Source of the DNA: a virus
Virus record (IMG/VR): IMGVR_UViG_3300013286_000012
Span: 1 to 64,000 of that record
Length of the DNA stretch: 64,000 bases
Direction: 5' to 3' (one strand)
Positions 19,241 through 25,923 of the stretch are shown here, in pieces. A program made the position numbers and the translations under genes. Under the pieces are notes generated by a model, which saw nothing but the letters and a program-made list of their open reading frames with translations, searched no databases and had not been told where the DNA came from. The stretch's first letter is position 1; each line of letters begins with the position of its first letter.

Positions 19241-19347
19241 GTCGAATGCGAGTCAACATAAGTTCTTGGTTATTCATGCCGTTCTCTCTTATGAAGGACG
19301 TTCACGACCTCAGCAGACCGAGCGAAACGTACCTGCTCGCATTCGAC
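19241..19347 (+). ncRNA. Intergenic structured element (three-way junction)
   Basis: Perfect 12-bp closing stem GTCGAATGCGAG/CTCGCATTCGAC with two internal hairpins. Confidence 0.5.
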
Positions 19348-19374
19348 TTCCCCTTATTAGTAGAAAGGAAAAAA

Positions 19375-19557
19375 ATGATTCAACAAGTTATTTTCGATAA
19401 CGTAGAACTACTTACTAACGATGAAAAGAACAGCATTATTCTTCATCACATGAACAGTTCTGCATCAATAGATGAACTCTCCAAGGTGCTTGGTATCGAC
19501 CAACTCATCATTCAAAGATTCATATCCAATTATCAGAACAGATTAAGAGGTGCGTGA
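19375..19557 (+). CDS. Small HTH protein
   Basis: RBS GAAAGG; LT.DEK..I......S..ELS..LG pattern. Confidence 0.55.
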   Translation: MIQQVIFDNVELLTNDEKNSIILHHMNSSASIDELSKVLGIDQLIIQRFISNYQNRLRGA

Positions 19558-19948
19558 CGTGTTAACAATCGAAGAAAAGAAATTAAGAAATCTTGCTGTG
19601 TCTCGTGCAAAGCAACGACTCGCAGTAAACAATGCAAATGAATATCGAAAACTATTAGTTGAAGAATGTGAACGTGTTGGTGTTAGCGCACCAAAAGAAC
19701 ATGGCACAACTAAAGTTTCTCTGGAACTTGAATTAAAAATTAAACAACTTGAAAAGTTAATTGAATCGCAACACCTTCAATGTGACTTCTGCGGTTGGAA
19801 TGAGCCAGAGGGATTACTCGTTGGCTCAGATAATAAACTTCGTTGTTCAGTTCACACTTGCGAAATTTGTAAGTATGAAGGATACGCACGTTCTGGCGGT
19901 GACATTCGATGCAATACGCACGCACCAGAACATGACAAGGGAGATTAA
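19550..19948 (+). CDS. Hypothetical Cys-rich protein
   Basis: CxxC and CxxH pairs at the C-terminus. Confidence 0.6.
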   Translation: MRDVLTIEEKKLRNLAVSRAKQRLAVNNANEYRKLLVEECERVGVSAPKEHGTTKVSLELELKIKQLEKLIESQHLQCDFCGWNEPEGLLVGSDNKLRCSVHTCEICKYEGYARSGGDIRCNTHAPEHDKGD

Positions 19949-19949
19949 A

Positions 19950-20279
19950 ATGAATAAACATCAAGATGATTTAATTAAATCAATCGACTTTGCCAACGAA
20001 TTTATGAAGGTAGTTCGTGGATTCAAAGTCGAACACGACCGACCTGACGGCTTGCCACAGGACGTTAAAGAACATCTTGCCAATCAACATCTCAACACCT
20101 TTATTGCAGAACGCAATCTAGAGCCAGAGATGCTCATCTGGGGAATGCTCCACATGATTGAAATTTTATTGGAGTATTGTGATTTAGAACCAGAAAATTT
20201 AATGTCTGTCATGGATACATTCGTACAACACATTAAAGATAACTCAGAGATATATGGAGATAAAGATGAGAATGACTAG
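19950..20279 (+). CDS. Hypothetical protein
   Basis: Start MNKHQDD after GGGAG RBS (3' part of track ORF 19761..20279). Confidence 0.65.
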   Translation: MNKHQDDLIKSIDFANEFMKVVRGFKVEHDRPDGLPQDVKEHLANQHLNTFIAERNLEPEMLIWGMLHMIEILLEYCDLEPENLMSVMDTFVQHIKDNSEIYGDKDEND

Positions 20280-20574
20280 ACCAAAGAAGGCACTATCTGT
20301 CGGATTCGAATTGACAACAGAGCGACCCGATATCGTTGATGCACCATGTCAATCAGTTGACCCAGAGACGTTCTTTCCAGACCCAACAGACCTTGCGTTA
20401 ACTCGTGAAGCAAAGTTGCTATGCAAACAATGTAATGTAAAAATTAAAAAAGATTGTCTCACATTTGCGCTTATCAACAAGATTGGTTACGGGATATGGG
20501 GTGGACTTACTACAGATGAAAGAAGAAACTTTAAACGTAGGGAGCAGAGAAGTGAAAGTAAGAATTCGCTATGA
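20254..20574 (+). CDS. whiB: WhiB-family transcription factor
   Basis: C...DPETFFP...AK.LC.QC....CL..AL....GIWGGLT..ER. Confidence 0.93.
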   Translation: MEIKMRMTRPKKALSVGFELTTERPDIVDAPCQSVDPETFFPDPTDLALTREAKLLCKQCNVKIKKDCLTFALINKIGYGIWGGLTTDERRNFKRREQRSESKNSL

Positions 20575-20762
20575 CAGATTGGCTAACAAGTACAGACATC
20601 GCAAATCAAATCGGAGTAAAGGTTCGCACGATATACAAGTATCGAGAGCGCGACACCCTTCCAACCCACGATGCCATGATTGGCAACAGACCAGTATGGA
20701 AGCAGACAACAATCGACGAATGGATAGTAAATCGTGATTCAAATGAATTGGAGATTCAGTAA
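20571..20762 (+). CDS. Excisionase/AlpA-like HTH protein
   Basis: WLT..DIA..IGV..RTI..YR....LP.......W....IDEW. Confidence 0.8.
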   Translation: MTDWLTSTDIANQIGVKVRTIYKYRERDTLPTHDAMIGNRPVWKQTTIDEWIVNRDSNELEIQ

Positions 20763-20910
20763 TGGCAATAAAAATTAGAGACTGCGTGGAATGTGCAGAC
20801 CAGCATTACACCAAAGATATGTATCCACATGAGGGTGCATATATCTGCGAACAATGCTTTCACGATACTTTTAAGTTCGAAAAATCTGATGAATTGGAGA
20901 TTCAGTAATG
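20743..20910 (+). repeat. 22-bp direct repeat ATGAATTGGAGATTCAGTAATG (20743-20764 and 20889-20910)
   Basis: Two identical copies, each containing RBS, stop and start. Confidence 0.9.
20762..20908 (+). CDS. Small Zn-finger protein between the direct repeats
   Basis: 48 aa MAIKIRDCVEC...CEQC...ELEIQ. Confidence 0.65.
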   Translation: MAIKIRDCVECADQHYTKDMYPHEGAYICEQCFHDTFKFEKSDELEIQ

Positions 20911-21012
20911 AATAAAATAACTGTCGAAGTAAATGATGAATGGTTAGAGTTTCTTGGAGAGATGAGTCGTGACAACAACGGATTCGTCTGGTTGAAAGTT
21001 GAACGAAAGTAA
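20908..21012 (+). CDS. 34-aa protein
   Basis: MNKITVEVNDEWLEFLGEM...; GGAG RBS and TAATG coupling. Confidence 0.5.
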   Translation: MNKITVEVNDEWLEFLGEMSRDNNGFVWLKVERK

Positions 21013-21050
21013 CTACGTCCAAATTCTTGGACGATATAAAAAGTTACTTC

Positions 21051-21104
21051 AAATTACATAAGCAGAATCAAATCTCGCTAGGTGTATCTAGTCTCATTAT
21101 GTGG
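21051..21104 (+). ncRNA. 3' trailer complementary to the 12.47-12.80 kb leader
   Basis: Three consecutive blocks reverse-complementary to 12785-12804, 12646-12656 and 12470-12490. Confidence 0.75.
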
Positions 21105-21106
21105 AC

Positions 21107-21135
21107 ACCCCAGATTTCGGTCTGGGGTTTTTTTT
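21107..21135 (+). terminator. Intrinsic terminator
   Basis: ACCCCAGA-TTTCGG-TCTGGGGT followed by a T run. Confidence 0.92.
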
Positions 21136-21175
21136 GACTTCTAAGTTACTGGTCAGTAACCTACTGATGAGTAAC
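21134..21175 (+). promoter_or_regulatory. SigA-type promoter of the integrase with an overlapping palindromic operator
   Basis: TTGACT-17 bp-TAACCT; GTTACT-GGTC-AGTAAC at 21145-21160 and a second imperfect copy at 21160-21175. Confidence 0.7.
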
Positions 21176-21198
21176 ATGGCACAGATTGGGGGTGGCAG

Positions 21199-22476
21199 AT
21201 GTACGTTGTAGAGCGAAATGGTCGGTGGACTGGCTATTACAGGCAGGGCGGTAAACGCCTCTCTGCTGGCACATGGGCAACAAAAGTGGAAGCCGAATAT
21301 CACGCCATGCAAGCAGGGGTATCGGGCGTTACAGAGCCTTCCAGAGCCGTATTTACCCTATCCGAATATCTAGAGGGCTGGTTCAAGAGTGCAGACCTCA
21401 TGCCGATTACGCTTAAGGGCTATGAATCGGTTCTGAGAAGATTCGTCATGCCCGAATTAGGAGCACAGAAAGTAACTGCCATCTCAGTTCGCCAGATTTC
21501 AGAGTTACTTGCTCGCTTGCGGGCGCAGGGGGTCGGTAGCGCGACTGTGGCGCAGGTGAAGGCATCACTAGGGTCAGCCCTATCTCGGCTCGTGGAGACT
21601 GGTGAACTGCCTGTGAACCCCACCAGAGGCATTAGGGTGAAGCAGAAGCACGCAGATATCCAGAATGTGCTTGAACCAGAAGAATTCAAAGAGATACTCA
21701 ATAACTTACCAACACATGGGGCAAAGTTACTTGCCCAGTTCCTAGTGGTATCGGGTTGCAGATTTGGTGAAGCGACCGAGATGAGGGTCAAAGATATCAA
21801 TTTCAAGAGTGGCGAGATATATGTCCAGAGGCGAGTGAGTGATTTGGGAGCAAGCCATACCAGTAGGTTCATGGTCATTGATGCCACAAAGTCAGGTCAT
21901 AAGAGAAGCCTCACCATAAGCAAAGCCCTACTACTAGAGATTCAGGGCTATGTCACAGCAAAAGCCCTACGAAAAGATGACTTGCTGTTCTCAAGGTTAC
22001 TGGTAGGTGAACAGACTAAAATAAAGAGTTCTCGTAGCACAAAGCCTTCTCGACCATTCGAGAAGGACGGAAAAAAGTTCCAGCATGGAACGCTGTACGC
22101 CTACACGCATGGCAGATGCAGATGTGAGGCTTGCTTAGGGTCGGTGCGAAAGCACAGGCAGAAAGCAAAGCCATACCAGAAGCCAAAGCCATACCAGAAG
22201 CAACATCGGTTCATCGACCAAACGAGTCACCTGCCACGAGATGTATGGAGAACAATCTGGAACAAAGCAATAGATAAGTCCGCAATCGGTTGGAGTCCAA
22301 GAACCCATGACCTTCGGCACGCTAACGCTACCCACCTTCTAAAAAGTGGGGTAGATGTGCATGAGGTCAAGGAACGTCTAGGTCACCAGTCGATTAAGAC
22401 GACAGAGCGATACTTACATCGCCTTCGTCACAACCAGTCAAAGGCATCAGAAAGTGCCAGCGACTTTTTGGAGTGA
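21199..22476 (+). CDS. int: Tyrosine recombinase/integrase with an internal Zn-binding insertion
   Basis: Catalytic R (SGCRFGE), K (TKSG), HDLRH, LGH, Y (TERY); core-binding region T..GY...LR..V.P.LG. Confidence 0.93.
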   Translation: MYVVERNGRWTGYYRQGGKRLSAGTWATKVEAEYHAMQAGVSGVTEPSRAVFTLSEYLEGWFKSADLMPITLKGYESVLRRFVMPELGAQKVTAISVRQISELLARLRAQGVGSATVAQVKASLGSALSRLVETGELPVNPTRGIRVKQKHADIQNVLEPEEFKEILNNLPTHGAKLLAQFLVVSGCRFGEATEMRVKDINFKSGEIYVQRRVSDLGASHTSRFMVIDATKSGHKRSLTISKALLLEIQGYVTAKALRKDDLLFSRLLVGEQTKIKSSRSTKPSRPFEKDGKKFQHGTLYAYTHGRCRCEACLGSVRKHRQKAKPYQKPKPYQKQHRFIDQTSHLPRDVWRTIWNKAIDKSAIGWSPRTHDLRHANATHLLKSGVDVHEVKERLGHQSIKTTERYLHRLRHNQSKASESASDFLE

Positions 22477-23030
22477 TGATGAAACATCTACATAAGAATA
22501 AAGCAGTTGTAATTTGGGCTATAGGAGTTCTAGTGGTTGGTTTACAGGTTGCTGGCAGTCATACTGCCGAAGCCTTGAAAGCCATACCACAAGCCCAATC
22601 ACAACTATCAGAGAAAGCATTGCGTGTTAAGACCCTTGATAAGTTCCACAACGCTGACAGCCTCACCAAGACAGACTTGATGCAGTTACTTTCAGCCGTG
22701 GGATTCAAAAACAAAGCCTTACAAGAAGCATGGGCAATCGCAATGAAGGAATCTAAAGGCAATCCTCTCTCCCATAACGGAAACCGAAAGACTGGGGATA
22801 ACTCTTACGGGTTATTCCAAGTCAACATGATTGGTTCAATGGGTCAAGAGCGTAGGGATAAGTTCAATTTGGATTACAACGCCAAATTGCTTGACCCTGT
22901 GGTTAATGCTCAAGTTGCTTATCACATGAGCAACGGAGGCAAGGACTGGAGTGCATGGAAGGGAACAAAAACACCAGTAGTAAAGAGCCTCATGGCTCAG
23001 TTCCCAGACAAAGCAAAAGCAAAGCCATAG
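22473..23030 (+). CDS. Lysozyme-like lytic transglycosylase with N-terminal signal anchor
   Basis: AIAMKES...DNSYGLFQVN...LLDP..NA..AY..S.GG.DWSAW. Confidence 0.85.
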   Translation: MMMKHLHKNKAVVIWAIGVLVVGLQVAGSHTAEALKAIPQAQSQLSEKALRVKTLDKFHNADSLTKTDLMQLLSAVGFKNKALQEAWAIAMKESKGNPLSHNGNRKTGDNSYGLFQVNMIGSMGQERRDKFNLDYNAKLLDPVVNAQVAYHMSNGGKDWSAWKGTKTPVVKSLMAQFPDKAKAKP

Positions 23031-23051
23031 CAAAAGCATAGGCATACGGGA

Positions 23052-23076
23052 AGCCCCCCTAGCAATAGGGGGGTTA
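23052..23076. terminator. Hairpin/terminator
   Basis: AGCCCCCCTA-GCAA-TAGGGGGGTT. Confidence 0.6.
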
Positions 23077-23097
23077 TCTCCCAGAGAAGGAGCGCAG

Positions 23098-23538
23098 ATG
23101 GACGGTAAAAACTACTTAAAATTAGCAGAGCAGTATGAAAAGCAAAGCAACAAGTCATACCAGAAGCAATACCAGAAGCCCAAACAACAGCACGAGCAAC
23201 ATCACAAGCAGACGCTAGGTAATGATTACAGTAAGAAGGTTGAAGAGTTACCTCTCATTGCTGAAGAAATAGATGCCTTCTTTTGGGGCAAATTAGTTCA
23301 ACTTGGTTGGCGCATTGACAGCACACCACTTGAAACTTTAAATTCAACCGCCAAAATTACTCGGTTTATTTATGTATGCCCAGATTGTGATATGCCTCTT
23401 CACTTTGAAGGCTCATTACAAATAACTCCAACTAAAGCCAAGAAGATGTGTGATGTTAGTTTGTTACAAGAAAAGTTAGTTAGACATCAAACCATAGCCA
23501 AAGATTGCAAAGCCATACCAGAAGAGGAAGCAGAATGA
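23098..23538 (+). CDS. Hypothetical protein
   Basis: AAGGAG RBS; CPDC motif. Confidence 0.6.
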   Translation: MDGKNYLKLAEQYEKQSNKSYQKQYQKPKQQHEQHHKQTLGNDYSKKVEELPLIAEEIDAFFWGKLVQLGWRIDSTPLETLNSTAKITRFIYVCPDCDMPLHFEGSLQITPTKAKKMCDVSLLQEKLVRHQTIAKDCKAIPEEEAE

Positions 23539-23654
23539 AGTGCTACGTAAAAGGTTGTCTAGAAGAAGTTAAATGGATAATTTTTATAGATGGCTCAACA
23601 GCGTGCGATGAACACGCCCCAGGAGATTACTCAACAGAACTCTAGCAAAAGCAA

Positions 23655-23678
23655 AAGCCCCACCAAAAGGTGAGGCTT
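23655..23678. terminator. Hairpin at the convergent junction
   Basis: AAGCCCCACC-AAAA-GGTGAGGCTT with A-rich left flank (a terminator for the minus strand). Confidence 0.55.
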
Positions 23679-23701
23679 AAGCCAAAGCAATACCAGAAGC
23701 G

Positions 23702-25753
23702 TTACTGGTTATCTTTAATTAACCGTACTTCGCAAGCATCAGTGGTGCAGTAAGCCTCACCAATAGCATCAGCAGCCATTCCAGCATAGACACCAGTTAA
23801 ATCAATAGGGAACAACTTCATAACTCCATCGTTCTCATATTCTTCGGCAGTAATCTGTGTGTACGGCATCTGTGGGTAAACAGCATTACCAGAAGGTAAG
23901 AATGAAACAGTCTTAAGTTGACCGTCATACATATGCAAAGCCGTACCAATAGCCGAAGCCTCTGTTGTTGGGTCAAAAGAAATAGTTACGGAGACAGAGT
24001 TGTCTGACCAGTAGCGTTGAGCGGTAGCAGCGAGTGCCATCTTCTCGTAGATACTGACATCCTTCTCACTGCGCTTTGCTTCTGACTTGATAGGGAAGAA
24101 GACAACGCTAGTCGTATCAGGAGATTCGCTTGCTGGTTCTACTCTGTAGTTTGCCAACTTAAAGAGTGGCAGCATCGGGTCAGAGTTAGCAAAACGAATT
24201 GCACGGTTGAAGTACTCACCGCCAACAGTCCAGTGAACTCCAGGGCTCTCGCCTGCAAGAATACTTACTGTGCCTGATGGTTTAACAGTTGTCATCTTGA
24301 TGGATTCACGGATACCAAGCCACTCAGAGTACGAGGTGTCATACGCCTTGATGGTCTTATATCCCTCGTCCATCCATGTGCGAAGAATTGGAAGACCACG
24401 GTTATCTGCAAAGTTTGCTACCCCTGATACAGATGTACCGATGCGACGATTACGCTGCATGATTGCATTTGTTTCTTCCCAATGAGTTGGAAGGAGAGTC
24501 ACTGTCTTTGCATACAGGTATGCAAACTTTAATGTGCGCTTAAAATCATCTAAATCTTTGTGACGGTTTAAATACGTCTCAACCAACGTACAGCACTCAT
24601 ACGATTCAAGTGATTGCTCAGCACACGGGTTGTAACCAGAAATGCGCCAATCCCTGTTGTTGATTGGGTCAGAAAGTCGACCATATTGCTTTGAGATATC
24701 CATCCAAATAACTCCAGGCTCACCGTTGTGCGCAATGCCTTCAATAATGTTATCTAAGTTGTCACCTACATTAACAGCCACAGAATTATTTGACATCCAT
24801 GCCCAGCCTGGACTTGCTGGATTGTAAGAGTTTCTTTCTGGAAATTTATCTGCGTTCTTTAAATTAAGAAACTCTTGGTCATCTATGCGACCAATTAGTA
24901 ACTCTGCAGAACGACGTACATTGCCAGAAACAACGCATACGCCGATAAGATTGCCAATATCAGCAATGTCGATTCGAGTAAGTTTTTGCCCACCGCGACC
25001 AGCAAAGATTTGAATGATGTAGTTGTGGAGTTTGATAAGAGGTTCGGGCCCTGCTGCTGTTCCGCCAAAAGTGCGAATATGCTCCCCTGCTTTGCGTATT
25101 TTCGAATAGTCAAAGACAGGAGTTTTCGTGTCTGGCTTGAGGTAGGCGTTAATGAGAAGTGCTGTTGATTCGACCCACCCCTCTCTGGTATCTGGAATGA
25201 CATACGCTTCTCCTTGTTGTGGGTCGTAAATAGTGAAGTCTTTATCCGCACCCCTATCGTCAAATCCTACTCCAACACCCAGCATGGATGCCTCCATGAG
25301 GAAAGCAAACGGTTTGGCTGGCTCAACCTTATTCATGGAGCCAGTTGATACAAAAGCACAGTTCTGCAGCGCTGCCGAGTTACGCTCCTTATTTACGATG
25401 GCTGTACCCATCACCCAGAGTCCACGACCTGGGGGTGTCCACTTCAATTCAAAAAGGCGGTCAAAGGCTTCCTTGGCAGAGGAGGCTGCCTTGGCATCAG
25501 ACCATGGCAGGCGGTTAGTCTTGGCGTGGTCTTTCTGTAGTGAGTACATTCCGTTAATGACTCTCTCGCATACGTCTGTCCACGTCTCCTTAGTACCATC
25601 TTCCTTAATACGTGAATAGGTTCTGAGAAAAGTAATCTCTCCTACTGAATTTCCTGCTGCATCTCTGTATCCGAATGGTGCAGTCTTGCTTCTGTATGGC
25701 GCCACAAAATCTTCGGCTAACTTAAATGAGAATAATGACATAACCCCTACCAT
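23702..25753 (-). CDS. nrdJ: Class II (B12-dependent) monomeric ribonucleotide reductase
   Basis: PPGRGLW, NCAF, VVSGNVRRSAE, NPCAE, TTVKPSGT, C-terminal CTTDAC. Confidence 0.95.
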   Translation of the reverse strand: MVGVMSLFSFKLAEDFVAPYRSKTAPFGYRDAAGNSVGEITFLRTYSRIKEDGTKETWTDVCERVINGMYSLQKDHAKTNRLPWSDAKAASSAKEAFDRLFELKWTPPGRGLWVMGTAIVNKERNSAALQNCAFVSTGSMNKVEPAKPFAFLMEASMLGVGVGFDDRGADKDFTIYDPQQGEAYVIPDTREGWVESTALLINAYLKPDTKTPVFDYSKIRKAGEHIRTFGGTAAGPEPLIKLHNYIIQIFAGRGGQKLTRIDIADIGNLIGVCVVSGNVRRSAELLIGRIDDQEFLNLKNADKFPERNSYNPASPGWAWMSNNSVAVNVGDNLDNIIEGIAHNGEPGVIWMDISKQYGRLSDPINNRDWRISGYNPCAEQSLESYECCTLVETYLNRHKDLDDFKRTLKFAYLYAKTVTLLPTHWEETNAIMQRNRRIGTSVSGVANFADNRGLPILRTWMDEGYKTIKAYDTSYSEWLGIRESIKMTTVKPSGTVSILAGESPGVHWTVGGEYFNRAIRFANSDPMLPLFKLANYRVEPASESPDTTSVVFFPIKSEAKRSEKDVSIYEKMALAATAQRYWSDNSVSVTISFDPTTEASAIGTALHMYDGQLKTVSFLPSGNAVYPQMPYTQITAEEYENDGVMKLFPIDLTGVYAGMAADAIGEAYCTTDACEVRLIKDNQ

Positions 25754-25867
25754 TTCTATAAATTTGCAAATACCCCTCAGTGGGTTGCTTAGTATTACGC
25801 TTGGAACCCTATCAGGTATATGTTAATAAGGTGAAGTACTAAAGCCAAACTTGAGGGGCTAAACTCT

Positions 25868-25907
25868 GCTCCACCTTGCTCCACTATGTTCCACGCTACT
25901 CCACACG
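25868..25907. repeat. Four TCCAC motifs in exact 10-bp phase upstream of nrdJ
   Basis: TCCAC at 25870, 25880, 25890 and 25900. Confidence 0.6.
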
Positions 25908-25923
25908 TTGTTATCAGGTAATA

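Larger units (their letters stand above)
22167..23699 (+). repeat. Dispersed 16-bp repeat AAAGCCATACCAGAAG, 8 copies
   Basis: Starts at 22167, 22185, 22578, 23021, 23151, 23163, 23509, 23684 (0-2 mismatches), all in the same orientation. Confidence 0.85.

Noticed and set aside
19290-19335. Hammerhead ribozyme (CGAAAC present)
   Set aside because: No CUGANGA core or matching stem I/II arrangement
12390-21135. Group I or group II intron call for the leader/trailer RNA
   Set aside because: No group II domain V and no RT. GACUA/UAGUC echoes P7 but sits in a continuous 14-bp helix with no unpaired J8/7, and no interrupted gene is visible. Kept only as a testable hypothesis.
22167-23699. CRISPR array
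   Set aside because: Repeats are short, irregularly spaced and inside genes; the Cas4-like gene lies in the phage recombination module
12240-23700. Independent prophage or integrative element inserted in the phage
   Set aside because: No flanking att duplication seen; gene content fits a phage early region; cannot be fully excluded
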